A DNA stretch of 64,000 bases, taken from Octopus vulgaris. Lineage: Eukaryota. The stretch lies in the NCBI GenBank assembly GCA_951406725.2, contig OX597821.1, positions 65,596,001 to 65,660,000 of the forward strand. The letters are read 5' to 3'. The notes beneath the pieces were generated by a model, which saw nothing but the letters and a program-made list of their open reading frames with translations, made no database searches and was not told the DNA's origin. Shown here one piece after another: positions 13,700 to 28,247 of the stretch. Made by a program: the position numbers and the translations under genes. Positions within the stretch are counted from its first letter, which is position 1; each line of letters opens with the position of its first letter.

Positions 13700-15615
13700 A
13701 TGAAAAGTATAAAATCAACCCCTAAAGCCTTTTTTTAAGTACGTCAAGGAAACTGTTTTCGGCCGTTACAAGGTAGGGCACCACTCCTCCAAAAAGACGG
13801 TTCCTTCGTGGGAAACCCAATGAGGTTAAGTGAAACACTGAATGACCAATTCAAAAGTGTATTCACCCCAACCTTACGGCACATACAAGTTAACAAACCT
13901 GAAGAATTCTTTATAACCACAGAAGTAGAAAGAGATGCAGTCACAATTGATTACATCAACATGAAAAAAAAAATGTAATACTTGTAATAGATAATAATAC
14001 TGGTAATAGTAGACGAAACCTCAGCTGCTGGCCCCGATGGATTCCCAGCAATCCTTTTCAAGTCATGCAAACGAACACTTACAAAACCACAGCAGCTTCT
14101 TTTGCAGAGCTTCTCTGCAAATTGTAAGCTCCTGGACAAACTGACGGAGGGAACAATACGCCCTATTCATAAAGGAAGAAGCAAAACAGATGCTAAAAAC
14201 TATAGTCCTATCTTTCTGACTTCACACTTCACAAAGTCATGGAACGAATAGTCCGAAATATATCACTTGCATTCCTTGAAGAGAATGACTCTTGCTGACT
14301 GACTCCCAGCACGATTTTCCACTAGGTAGAAGCTGACTGATAACGCTCTTGCAGCATTACGACTGAGTGCTCAACCACTCAAATGTGGACGTGATATTTC
14401 TAGACTTTGCAAAAGTCTTTGCCAAAGTCGACCTTGGTATACTATGTCACAAGCTGCGTAATCCTGACCAAGTTAGAGAACTTGGAGAATGGCTACATAA
14501 CTTTATAAAACATAGAAGTCAGGTAGTGTTGGCCACTTTTAAGGAAATACAAATAATGAGTGGTGTTCGACAGGACACTGTTTTGGGACCGCTGCTATTC
14601 ATAGTGGCCCTCTCAGACATGTCTTCAGCTGCTCAGATAACCACCCTTGCTAGCTATACAGATCACACAGAAGTCTCTCAGAGGATACGAGACCCTGGAG
14701 ACGTTGTTATTTGCAACAGGAGTTGAACGCAATAAACAGATGGGCTGAGGAAAATAACATACAGTATAATGCTGGAAAATTCCTAGCCCTGCGCTACAAA
14801 CACACGAAGACCAATGAAAAGCAGACATGATACACTGGCCCAGGAAGGACTGCAATCCCTGAAGCAAAATCGGTGCGCGACCCGGTCATTGACATGCATC
14901 TTTCCAGTGCATATTACTAAGATGGCAGTAAAATGTAGACGGTTGGTCGGATGGATCCTTCGAACTTTCAGAATGAGAGAACAGAAAACCATGATAGTCC
15001 TCTGGAGTATATTCATCCTCAGTTTGTATTACTAGTCCCAACTGTGGCCACCTCACAGTATAAAATTAATGACGGAACTACACAAAGCAATTCAGCGAAG
15101 CTTTTCAAAGAAGATCGGTTCAATGCGATATATCAGCTACTTTAAGTGACTGAACAAGTTCTACTACATTCTACTAGCTAGAACGAAGGTGGGAAAATAC
15201 GTAGTAACATACATCTAGAAAATCCTTGAACTTCTACTAAACTGTAGCATCGAAAGTCCCTCAAGTAGCAGAGCGGGGCGCCGCTGCATAGTACCAAAAA
15301 TCCCAACATTGCCATCAGGATATAAGATCAGATACTACACCAGCTTGGGCTTCAGAAGCTCGCAACTCTTCAATATCCACCTGAAGATCCTGAGAGACCT
15401 ACATGGCGTGGATCTAGGCGTCTTCAAAACAATACTGGATCTCCATCTGTCATGAGTTCCGGATAAACCTACCGCGCGGCAAGAAACGCAGATGAAGGCA
15501 GCAACATCAAACTCCCTCATTCACCAAATGCCACACATCAGAGGAGGTTTAGTGAAAGTGTAGCAAAGCAAATGGCGGTGCTCCATCATGGCCGCAGCTC
15601 TCAAGCTGAAAGAAG
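13700..15615 (+). mobile_element. CR1-type LINE ORF2 (RT) remnant with 3' tail
   Basis: GPDGFPAILFKSC..PIHKG..NYSPIFLTS..VDVIFLDFAK..SGVRQDTVLGPLLF..YTDHT (decayed YADD); many stops and frameshifts; 5' boundary approximate. Confidence 0.88.
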
Positions 15616-15919
15616 AAAAGGAAAAGAACTATATATATATATATATATATGTGTATGTATATGTGTGTGTGTTGTTCAAATTTACAGAAAACAAAAGACA
15701 GAGATTGGTGATGGAAAAACAAGTAGATGTATTAGTTTGATGCTCGAGAAGAATGGAAAAGTCTTTGGCATTTCGAGACTCAGGAGCAGTTTTTAATACA
15801 CTTAGAAATAGACCACGAGGTTGTAACAAATTACTTGCATTGCTCTAGTTTCTCATTGCACTTAAAATTGCCTCTATTAGACATCATGCTGCGTATCCTA
15901 TTGCAGAATATTCCTACAT

Positions 15920-15950
<31 letters not shown>

Positions 15951-16475
15951 AGTGTATATATATATATATATATACATACATACATACATACATACATACA
16001 TACATACATTCATATATATATATATATATGAATTGATGTGCTACTGCTATACAATGTATGTATATCATATATATATATATATATATTATTATTATGCGTG
16101 GCTGTGTCTGTGTCTACGTATGTGTGCATCCCTCTTTCACTGTGGCTGTAATTAAGTTATTGCCTTTCGGTCGATCAATTTTATTTCAACAACAGTTTGG
16201 CTGTCCCTGCACCAATTTAATTTTGACTCATTTCCTTTCTTTAAACACAACCACCTGCTCACACTATGAAGGGTGCGTGTTAATGGGAAAACACGAACTA
16301 ATCTTAGATGTGGTGTCATCTACAAATATATATACACGCACACACATATATACATATGCATACACAATATATACATGCACATACATATATATATATGTAT
16401 ACACAATATATACATGCATATATATATATATATAAGTAGTAAGCACACAAACATACATGCATATACGTATGTATG

Positions 16476-16506
<31 letters not shown>

Positions 16507-18107
16507 GTATGTACGCTGCATGTATGCACGTATGTATGCACGTATGAGTAATTGTGTGTTCGTATGTGCGTGTATGTGTCTGTATATATGCATATGTGTA
16601 TATCTAAATAATACACGCACACTCAAACACGCACACACAAACACGCACACTCACACACACACACACGTATATATTATAAATTAGAAAACCAAAACTATGT
16701 GAGTTTTAACAGACAAACTTACGTTATTCTTCTTTCTATTTACTCGTTTTACATTATCAAACGCTCTAAGTCCATCTTCAAAAACGAACGATTGAAAGAA
16801 ATTCCAGTCACTTCGTTAGAGTTCGCAGATTAATTGGGATGTGTCTTAAATATTCCGCCAATCAGAAGAGTCAGAATTCTCCCGAATTCATCGTCAACAT
16901 CCTGTTGGCAGTTCACGTGAATAATTTTGTATTTTAAAGTTATTTGTTTAAAAGATGGTCAAAAATGAAACAGCTGAATAACTTGAAATTATTTTGCTTT
17001 ACATTTAGATTGTAAGATTCTTGATCTGAACTCGTGTGTTGAAATATATTTTGTTGTACCCCAGGAGGTTTATTTTGCCAATAATAATAAACATACGTGC
17101 TGGTTCTATAATATATCACATCTTTATTTTTCTTTATTTGTCAATTGACTAATATTTAATTAATTACCTAATCGATTGTGTGTTTAACTGTTCGATCAAC
17201 CAAGCAGTCAACTAGATATCACAAAGTCCTTTCATCGCCATTCGCGACCTCATCAATAACATACCATTTCTACGCCAGTTCTGTTAATAATTAGCATAAT
17301 GGCCCTCCTAAAATACAACTGAAATAACCTGGATGCATGAAATTTATTTTATTTAACTAGAAACATCACGTCGAAAAACTTTTAGTAAATTATTATCAAA
17401 CAATGCGTTTTCATATAACGTATTTTAAACATTTTCTCGCCTCTAAAAAATGATTTTAAAGAGGATAGCTAACGGGCAGTCGGCGAAGAATACCAAAGAA
17501 TACTGACTTACTTAATTGGCAGAAACTTTGGTATCCCGTTACTGCTGTAACTTCTATAAAATATTTCTGATAACCTTTAAGCTTCGACACAATGACATCT
17601 GGATTTCTGTATAATCATTGATTTTGAAAAATAATATTGTTGTGATCGAAAATATATTTTTCATTTTTAATAAGAGAAAAATGCAATAAAATTATGATTT
17701 ATTAAACCGCGTTTCTGGCACGTTTCAGTACGATTTTTAATTTATAAAAAGAATAGTTTACAGTGAACTACATTACCGAGAATCATGCAATTATTTCGTA
17801 GTGCCGGCGGCCAGAAAGGTAAATGCTTTAATATTAAAACTAGCGAAGGATATGTGCTGAAAGAACTATTCGGCATCAAGACTCTCACTCGTTCGGCTGA
17901 CAATTTCTACTTCAAAATGAGAGGGGGTTTGAATCGAAGTCCAGGATGTAGGACGACTCTCCTTCTTTACTTTTGAAAAGAAACCTGAGACCAACCAGTG
18001 TTTCGTTTGATGACGGCCCTCTACTCATCGAGTGACGAAGTCTGGGTTTAACGCTGTCTTCACTAGGTTGCAGTTGGAGATAATAAGGCTGCATATCACA
18101 TCCCAAA

Positions 18108-18494
18108 TCTCTCTATATATAAACGGCAGTTTGTCTGTGCGTGTTTCTGTGTGTCTGTTTTCTCGTACCCTCACCCTGACCACGGCTTTCAACCGATTCT
18201 GATGAAACTTGACACACACATAGCCCAATGTCATAATTCAAAACTAACGCAGCGAAAATTTTGAAAAGTTAACCCCAGTTCTGAAAAAATCGATAAATTC
18301 GACATGGGGTCGAGAATCAAAAAAAACAAACCACAGACTGTCTAGGGGACGCAACTCAACCTTTTTTTACTCTCAAAAAAAAATTTACCATAATTTTTTT
18401 CCATTTTTTTTGCTATTTTTTGGCTATAACTCTCTAAAAATGCTTTATAGTTATTTCCCTTACAAACCTGAGCAACGCCGGGCGATACTGCTAG
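18108..18494 (+). mobile_element. Non-autonomous Helitron
   Basis: 5' TCTCTCTATATATAAA; the 3' end GAGCAACGCCGGGCGATACTGCTAG matches the 6269 Helitron terminus; A|T insertion site. Confidence 0.85.
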
Positions 18495-18988
18495 TATATA
18501 TATATACTGAAAAGTTATTTTGAATAGGAAAGCATACCAGTTTCTTAGAACTTTAAGTAGATAAATAATATCCATTTCCCAGTTGGGTTCTCCCATTTTC
18601 GTTTGGTATGATACACATTTGAATAAATTACAGAGTGTATATTCGCATACAGAGTTAAGACCACTTTGGTTCTAACAACCAATTGACTTGTAACCAATAA
18701 TGGATTAAATCATATTTATTTTCTGATAAGCAAGCGTAATTATGCAGTCGATTATGTAACGATTACTGCACGGCATACGAGTACACGCTAACGAAACACG
18801 TGTAAAGACATGTAATGTGTTATGTTATAATATATAGATTTTGTAACCGAATCTCCTAATTCATTCTGCTCTCAGATATTATGCAAGTGTATATGTATGT
18901 ATGTATGTATGTATGTAATGTGACCTTGTGTGTACCGTTGGCGATTTTTTCCTCTGTCTTCCCTTCACTGGATCTTTCTTTCTCTTAT

Positions 18989-19023
18989 GTTTACGACGAA
19001 GAGCTCCGCTCGAAACGTTAAAC
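18989..19023 (+). ncRNA. Minimal, probably dimer-type hammerhead-like motif in a Penelope-like fragment (18917-19103)
   Basis: GTTT-ACGACGA-AGAGC(TCC)GCTC-GAAACGTTA-AAC; AACGTT palindrome; non-canonical core; relative at 54526-54563 (-). Confidence 0.5.
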
Positions 19024-19119
19024 CCTCCATCTTTCCTTCTTTCCTGAGCGTTCAATAATACTATATTTGTTCCACGTCCTCGCGTTGTTGTGTTTTTTTG
19101 TGCTTTCTTGTTTGGATTA

Positions 19120-19277
<158 letters not shown>

Positions 19278-19616
19278 CATATACACAAACACATATAAAG
19301 AGATGTGAATAGCCATAAATGTATAGATATATTTACATGCGTTGTAACATATGACATGATGTAGTAATACATTAACATTTACAGCTGTTTCGAATTGTTG
19401 ATATTACTATGGATATTAGGCAATGAGGTGTAAAATTATAAGACAATATTTCTCAAAAGCGCATAAGCGAACACAACACCAATAAACAAGAAAAATAATA
19501 CATAAATACGTAAGTACCTTCATGTTGGAGGCACAGTACATCCTTTGAACGGATCGTAAATCCATTTATGATAGGCCTGGTTATATCATGTAAAATAATG
19601 CATAATCTCACGTAAA

Positions 19617-19774
19617 CGCAAGAGTGGCTGTGTGGTAAGACGCTTGCTTCCAACCACATGCTGCTGGGTTCAGTCCCACTGCCTCGCATCTAGGGTAAGT
19701 GTCTTCTACTATAGTCTCAGCCCGACCAAAGCCTTGTGAGTGCATTTGGTGGACGGAAACTGAAGGAGGCACGT

Positions 19775-19830
<56 letters not shown>

Positions 19831-20140
19831 TGTATGTATGTATGTATGTATGTAAGTATGTATATGCATTTATGTGTGCGTATATATATATATACATACA
19901 CATATATATGTTTGTGTGTCTGTGTTTGTCACCCCACTATCGCTTCACAACTGATGTTGGTGTGTTAACGCCCCCGTACCTTAGCGGTTCGGAAAAGGAG
20001 ATTGATACAATAAGTATTAGGCTTACAAAAGAATATAAAGTTATAAGGTTACAAAAAGAATAAGTGTTGGAGTCGATTTGTTCAACTATAGGCGGCGCTC
20101 CAGCATGGTTGCAGTCAAATGACTGAAACAAATAAAAGAA
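19617..20140 (+). mobile_element. SINE family A
   Basis: Same head, body and tail as the 10678 copy. Confidence 0.85.
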
Positions 20141-20204
20141 TATATATATATATAAATAAATACATACATACATACATACATACATACATACATACATACA
20201 TACA

Positions 20205-20237
<33 letters not shown>

Positions 20238-20423
20238 GCGTATGTGTGTATTTCCGACGGCTTCCACACAATTTCCGTCTACTAAATTCCCTTACAATTT
20301 ATTGGTCGGCCAAAGCTATACATGAAAACGCTAGTCCAAGGTACCGCGCAGTGAGACAGAACTCAAAACCACGTTGTTGCAATGGGAGCATTTTAACCAC
20401 ACTGCACCAATATATGTGTGTAT

Positions 20424-21440
20424 GTCATTGTTCAGTTTTATTTCAAGGTTTCTTGCAAAGAGCCGGTTTCTAACCAAGATCCAAGGTTCCTTCATTTGAA
20501 TTTCAACATCAACAACAGGGTGTTTTTGTATGTATGTTTGTATGTATGTATGTATGTATGTATGTATGTATGTATGTATGTATGTATGTATGTATGTATG
20601 TATGTATGTATGCATGCATGTATGTATGTATGCATGTATGTATGTATGTATGCATGCATGTATGTATGTATGTATGTATTTATGTATGTATATGTGCAGA
20701 TTTGTATGTTTTACATTATGTGTGTATTCTAGACATGTTCATATATATTTAAATGATAAACTTCTGGAAAGTTTTACAGATTTTTAGAGTTCCAGTGATG
20801 GATTGGATTGGTAGTCTTCGAATCAGCTTTCTCCTTTCTAGTTTTGAGAAGCCTAATTTCTCAAGATTGGCTGTGTGTTACATATCTCATGGCCTCAGTA
20901 ATTACAAGTATAAACATGAGCTTGTAATCTGGATAATTAACTGCAGATTTCTCAACAGTTCAGCATAGGTGTTCTCTTTTTCATTGATTTTCAGCTTTAT
21001 GTTCACATCCGCTGGGGAGCCAATTTCCACAACTGTGCACAGTTTCTCTTCTCTATCCCAAATCATTATATCAGGTCCGTTGTGCTTACAGTTCATTGAA
21101 GGCTTCATTGGGACATTCCACCAATACTCCTTTGTATTATGAATGGCTATGGCTTCTACCATACTGTGGGTTCTCATTTCTTTGTCCTCAGGATTATCTT
21201 TCCGACGGATTTCACTATAGAGTGTCCTAGATACAACATCATATCTCATCGGTAGACAATACCGTGATGAAATTTTCGGACGACTGCTTATGATGTGGGT
21301 GATATCTTCGGTGTTAACTCCACAAACTCTGCATCGGTTGTCAAATTTTTCTGCTTTTCCTGCATTTTTGTCCCTTTTGTTCATCAGGTTCTTGTTTCAT
21401 ATTTCCTGTCCCTGGATTGCAAACGCATACTCTTCAAAGT
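20424..21440 (-). mobile_element. R4/Dong-type LINE 3' part with (CATA)n-containing 3' UTR
   Basis: CRVCG..EDITHIISS.P..(R)YDVV..KHNGPDIMIWD..VVEI..EKENTY..KICKTFQKFII* (stop about 20749); the UTR block recurs at 40222-40330 and 40423-40525. Confidence 0.8.
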
Positions 21441-21792
21441 ATGTGTATATATATGTACCTATGCATATATGTGTACGTATGCGTGTGTATGTATATGTGT
21501 ATGCATGTATGTATGTATGTATGTATGTATGTATGTATGTATGTATGTATGTATGTATGTATGTATGTATGTATGTATGTGTGTGTGTCCGTGTGTGTGA
21601 CTGTGCATGTATGTATAGATGTGAGTGTGTTTGTGTACATGTCCGCTATGTATGTATGCTTGTCTCTAAACTCCGAATCTCTTGACGATTCGATAAACAA
21701 CAGGAATTCCAATGCAAACGCTAAAAACAGTCAATCAGTACACGTAAGTTTCAGACGGACTAGCAGATCTGCAGCTATGCGTTTCTCATTAT

Positions 21793-21806
21793 ACCATCAG
21801 CATCAG

Positions 21807-21847
<41 letters not shown>

Positions 21848-21948
21848 CCACCACCACCACCACAACCATCATCATCATCATCATTATCATCATCATCATC
21901 ATCATCATTACCATCATCATCGCCACAACCATCATCATCATCATCATT

Positions 21949-21987
<39 letters not shown>

Positions 21988-22243
21988 GTCGTCGTCATCA
22001 TCATCGTCATCATCACCATCATCGTCGTCGTCGTCATCACCATCATCATAATCATCATCACATTACCACTACCACCACTATCAATATCATTATTACCATC
22101 ATCACCAACATCATCATCATCAGCAGCAGCAGCAGAAGTATCATCGTCGTCGTCGTCGTCGCCATCATCATCATCATTATCATCATTATCATCATCATTA
22201 CCATCATCATAATCATCAGCATCATCATCGTCATCATCATCAT

Positions 22244-22274
<31 letters not shown>

Positions 22275-22398
22275 ATCATCACCCTCGTCATCCTCATCGA
22301 CATCATCATCATCGTCATCACCATCATCACCATTATCATCATCGTTGTCGTCATTATTGTCGTCATCATCATCGTCGTCGTCATCATCGTCGTCGTCG

Positions 22399-22453
<55 letters not shown>

Positions 22454-22501
22454 TACCATCATCATAATCATCAGCATCAGCATCATCATCGTCATCAGCA
22501 T

Positions 22502-22532
<31 letters not shown>

Positions 22533-22613
22533 ATCATCACCCTCGTCATCCTCATCGACATCATCATCATCGTCATCACCATCATCACCATTATCATCGT
22601 TGTCGTCGTTATT

Positions 22614-22645
<32 letters not shown>

Positions 22646-22667
22646 CATCATCATCATCATCATCATT

Positions 22668-22728
<61 letters not shown>

Positions 22729-22830
22729 CCATGACCATCATCATCCCCACCACCACCATCATCATCATCATCATCATCGTTGTCGTCATTATTGTCGTCA
22801 TCATCATCGTCGTCGTCATCATCGTCGTCG

Positions 22831-22861
<31 letters not shown>

Positions 22862-22952
22862 TAGCAACAACAACAACAGAACAAAAATAAGAGCATAACA
22901 CATCATTATCATCATCATCATCATAATCATCATAATCATCATTATCGTCATC
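21793..22952. repeat. About 1.15-kb compound (CAT/CGT/CAC)n tract with an internal 258-bp duplication
   Basis: The marker CAACATCATCACCCTCGTCATCCTCATCGAC occurs at 22271 and 22529. Confidence 0.9.
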
Positions 22953-23359
22953 ACCTGAAAACGGTGTATCATCAATAACATCATTAGCAAGAAGAAAGAA
23001 TAGCAAAGTGCAGTAACAACGGCGAGAGAGGAGAAGATCTGTAGACGCCGGCTTAGTTCGCAATTTCTTCACGAATGATTTCAACAGCACAACAAACCAA
23101 GCATGCATTACTCATTAAAACACATCACTATTAGACATACTCCTTCGTAGAAGAGCTACAGTTATTTCCATCCAGCTGGAAAGCCGGCGGGAAATCTTGC
23201 ATACACACAGACATACTTGCGCTCAAACACGCGTAACTCGTACACCGATATTTACGCAAACGTAAACACAAATACACGTTATACATTCATACATACGCAA
23301 GCATACACACACAATCACACACACACACACACATACCCATACACATACATACACATATG

Positions 23360-23401
<42 letters not shown>

Positions 23402-23854
23402 CATACACACACGCACAGACATACGCTTATATATATATATATATATATATACATATATATACACATATATATATATACGCACAGACACACGCATATATAT
23501 ATATATATATATATATTCGTTTCTAGGATTGTTTTAACAATCACGTGTATTCTGGGTTTATGGATATGTACCTATGTATGCAGATACACACATACATGCA
23601 AACATGCATACATACATACATACATACATGCAAACATACATACATACATACATACATACATACATACATACATACATACATACATACATACATACATACA
23701 TAAGGATAATCTAACACGATGATTGAGGATAACAGGTCTTAAAAGCAGTCCACAATATTTGTTTCTGCATCGTACACAAGGTTTAAGTTGGTGATAGCAT
23801 TATTATAGCATTATTATAGCATTATAGAATAACATTCTTTATGGTTATTATACA

Positions 23855-24029
23855 GGCGTAGGAGTGGCTGTGTGGTAAGTAGCTTGCTGACGAACATCAT
23901 TGTTCTGGGTTCAGTCCCACTACGTGGCACCTTGGGCAAGTGTTTTCTAGTATAGCCTCGGGCCGAACAAACCCTTGTGAGTGGAATTGGTAGCCGGAAA
24001 CTGAAAGAAGCCCGTCGTATATATGTACG

Positions 24030-24074
<45 letters not shown>

Positions 24075-24297
24075 ATATGTTTGTGTGTCTGTGTTTGTCC
24101 CCCCCAACATCGCTTGACAACCGATGCTGGTGTGTTTACGCCCCGGTAACTTAGCAGTTTGGCAAAAGAGGCCGATAGAATAAGTTCTAGGCTTACAAAG
24201 AATAAGTCCTGGGGTCGATTTGCTCGACTTAAGACGGTGCTCCGGCATGGCCAAAGTCAAATGACTGAATCAAGTAAAAGAGTAAAAAGAGTAAGAG
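23855..24297 (+). mobile_element. SINE family A, full length
   Basis: Same head, body and tail. Confidence 0.9.
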
Positions 24298-24408
24298 AGC
24301 CACGTTATGACGTTTTCACCCGAATTATACTAAATATATACACGTATATATATATGTATATATATGTATACATACATAATACATATGTATACACAAACAC
24401 ACACACAC

Positions 24409-24469
<61 letters not shown>

Positions 24470-24559
24470 TAGATAGATAACTAAGTAGGCAGGTTGGTAG
24501 ATAGGTAGGTAGGCAGGTAGGTAGGTAGATAGATAGATTTTTATTCTTTCATCCCTGTA

Positions 24560-25625
24560 TGTGTTTCAGCCCAAAGTCTGTGGCCATGCTGGGGCACCAC
24601 CATTATAATTCTTTCAATGCCCATTCTTTCGTGATTTGCTTTTGGTGAAGGAATGAGTTTGGTATTGCAGCCCACTTTTGAGTTTCTTGCCGTGATGTAG
24701 GTTCATCAGGAACTGTAAATTGCAAGAGGTCATTTTTTTCTTGAAAACATCTGCCCCCACACCATGTAGATCTCTCATGTTTTGACAAGATATTAAACAG
24801 TTATGGACCTTTGAATCCAAAACAGTTGCAGTACCAGCTCCACAAACCAGAGGAGATGAGCGGGACCTTTGGAACAGTGCAGTGACAGCCATTTCGAAGG
24901 TCGGTATAACTCTCGATGCCAAAGTTTGGGTCCAATCCTTCAAGGATACTCAAGCAAATCTCTCCCGCCTTCTCTCCAGAGAGTAGAGTCGTAATCCTTT
25001 CAGTCTATCCCAGTACCTTAGCTATTCTATATGCATTCTTCCTGGTGAAACACCGCTGAACTACTTCGAGTTCTGCTATTAATATAACATTGTGTGGTGA
25101 CGACAGTTGAGAGCAGCTGTGGACAAAAATCCTAAACAGAACCAGCGTAGTTTCCTTGTCCAGCATCTTCGTGATATTTACACGAAACGAGGTATTGTTG
25201 CTCATATCTATCCCCAGATCACGTACTCTGTTTAACTCTAGCATTGCCGCTCCTTTTCGTCTTAATATCTTTCTAGCCGTACGTTAGCACCGGCCGGCTG
25301 ATAGCAGAGGGCATAGGGTTTTCTTGTATTGAATTGCATTTTGTTTTCTGCAGCCCATTTATAAATGGCACCCAGGTCTTTCTATAGATTACTATAGAAA
25401 GATTCCTTGAGTGCTTGTAGTAATATTGTATCATCAACATAGCTTGTAAGCCTGTGTAACTGATAAGTCCGAAAGAGAGCTACCGTGAACAGCAGCGACT
25501 CGTAGGCAGTTCCCAGAGGTATTCTACTCCCTGTTTCTTTCTCTTCAGAGAGGGCAGGGTTGGCTGCTTCAGCTTGGCTTCTGTCTTTTTAAGAAGTCGT
25601 GCAACCCACTCTACCATTTTTCCGC
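24560..25625 (-). mobile_element. CR1-type LINE 3' remnant
   Basis: VRDLGIDMS..SQLSSPHN..ELEVVQRCFTRK..VPDEPTSRQE; the tail GGTGCCCCAGCATGGCCACAG is shared with SINE A. Confidence 0.8.
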
Positions 25626-25675
25626 CTGTGCCTAGTCTCTGTAACTTATGACATACCCTTCGATCGACGACCTTG

Positions 25676-25712
<37 letters not shown>

Positions 25713-26075
25713 ACACATATACATATCAACATATATATATATACACATATGTGGGCCTATTATATATTATGTTTGAAGTAATATATAAAATCTTTAAAAT
25801 GTTTCAGCTTGAAAGCAACGGTTATGCCCACCTAAGCGTTTCCCTCTATATATGTATGGAAATATATATGTATGTTTATACATATATATATATATATATA
25901 CATGTATACAGGCGCACACTCACACACACACTCATATATATATATAGGTGAAGACCCACATACATACACCCGTGTGCACAGTCACTTAGCCACGCTTACC
26001 TACAAAACACACACATATATATATACAAGCGTGTATGTGCTGTATGTATTTCTCTATAGTATATGTGTATGTATT

Positions 26076-26123
<48 letters not shown>

Positions 26124-26468
26124 CCTGTATGCATGTTTATACATAAGTGTATGAATGTTTGAACGTACAGTTGAGAATTTATGCTAGATTTAGAAGAAAT
26201 GAGGGGAAACGTAAATATGAGTCCTGCACAGGGGTGGAAAAGGGGTGGAGTAAAAACTCAGAAAAAGAAAACAAAATATTAATATTCGTGAGAAGGAATC
26301 GTCGTCAGCGACTCGTATATCGCCAAGTTCACAGACACGCTTGTTAATAAAAATATGCATGTTTGTACATACGTAGAGGCATATGAGCGTGCGTCAATAA
26401 AAATATTTTTTTTGTATTCTACACGTATGTGTGTATGTGGGTTTCTGTCTGTCGGTCAGTCTGTCTAT

Positions 26469-26539
<71 letters not shown>

Positions 26540-26772
26540 CTTTTTTCATTTCTCTTTTCTTTTGTTCCTTTTCCTTTTCTTCTTTTTTATTTTTATTTTT
26601 TTATTTTTTATTTATTTATTTATTTATTTTTTTTTGTTCTTTTCTTCCCTTTTACGATCCCTCTTGATCGAAAACCTACGCCACCCTTTTTTTTTTTTCA
26701 TCCCCCAAAAGAAAAGCTCTACCTTGTAACTTGTCCCATCTGTGTGCAGCCCTGTGTGGCCAATAAAGAAAC

Positions 26773-26856
<84 letters not shown>

Positions 26857-27124
26857 TTATCTATTTATCTATCAGTGTGTGTGCGTGTGTTTGTGTACAC
26901 ACACACACACACACACTTATTGATCTATTTGTTTATCTATCTACCTATTTCCTTTTGTCTCTCTTTTTATTCGCTCTCTTTCTGTCTGTCTGTCTCTCTA
27001 CTTCTCTCTCACCCTCTATATATGTGTGTTAGTGTATGTATACATATATATGAATATATCTATCTGTATGTATGTATATGTATATGCATGTGTATATATA
27101 TATATATACACACATATATATATG

Positions 27125-27168
<44 letters not shown>

Positions 27169-27209
27169 ATATAGAGACAAAGAGAAAGGCAGACAGATGT
27201 ATATATGTG

Positions 27210-27260
<51 letters not shown>

Positions 27261-27284
27261 GGTTTGGACGTGATGTACAGGTAT

Positions 27285-27477
27285 TATATATTAGAAGAAA
27301 TAAGGTACCCAGAAATCTGAATGGTTTTATATTTACAGATTTTTATTAATATGTCACATGTTTTTATAAATCATATATAAGCGCTTGCATCCACGCTAGT
27401 AGATTCTTCTGATTTCATGTGACATATTAAAAATCTGTAAATATAAAACCATCCAGATTTCTGGGTACCTTATTCTC

Positions 27478-27486
<9 letters not shown>
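27285..27486. repeat. Inverted repeat (about 75-bp arms) inside (TA)n, Penelope-like
   Basis: 27285-27360 is the reverse complement of 27416-27486; contains AAATAAGGTAC, also present in the 3872 element. Confidence 0.8.
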
Positions 27487-27535
<49 letters not shown>

Positions 27536-27906
27536 ATATCTATACGTGCATACAAAACGGGCTTCCACGCATTTTCCGTCCATCAGAGTCACTCGCAAAA
27601 CATTGGTCGGTCGGGGACTATAGTGGGAAACCCTTACTCAATGTCCTGCGCAGTGAGACTGAATCCGAAACCACATGGCCGAAAAGTGAGCTTTTTGACC
27701 ACACATCCATGCCTGTGCCTATGTCGAATAAATCTGACCACATTTTAGATGAATATTCGTGGATAGAAAGGGAGATTTTTTTTATTAATCTTATTTCTAA
27801 TTCCGTGTCAAATGACATTTTCTAACAGACAAAACGCTGCAATGACGTTTGATTCACCCTGTTCCTGGTTGGTGATGTTTCGTTAACCCCATAGTGCTAA
27901 AATGCT

Positions 27907-28160
27907 GGAGGCGCGTGGCTTAGTGGTTAGGGCGTTGAACTCATGATCATAAGGTTGTGGTTTCGATTCCTGGATCGGGCGATGCGTTGTGTTATGGAGC
28001 AAAACACTTCATTTTCACGTTGCTCTAGTCCACTCAGCTGGAAAAAATAAAAATGAGTAATCCTGCGACAGATCAGCGTCCCGTCCAGGTGGGGAATTTC
28101 TACGCCATGAAATCGGGAAATCGGCCCTTATGAGCCTGGCATGGCTCGAAATGGAACATT
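27907..28160 (+). mobile_element. tRNA-headed SINE family C
   Basis: GGAGGCGCGTGGCTTAGTGGTTAGGG..GTTTCGATTCC; homologous to 63318-63545. Confidence 0.8.
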
Positions 28161-28247
28161 ATAGTGCTAAAATGCAAGGTTAAACTTGGTGAGATTGGAA
28201 TCCAAACGTAAAGGTCAGTAACTAACTAAATACTACAACATGCTATA

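Noticed and set aside
17985-18036. Minus-strand CGATGAG..CGAAAC..GTC hammerhead-like string
   Set aside because: Stems I and II do not pair convincingly
21417-23108. 493-, 439- and 310-aa poly-His/Ile/Asp/Met ORFs
   Set aside because: Stop-free frames of a (CAT)n tract; no complex coding sequence
27907-27980. tRNA genes at SINE heads (also 63318, 10678)
   Set aside because: A and B boxes are present but the cloverleaf is incomplete and the sequence continues into a repeated SINE body
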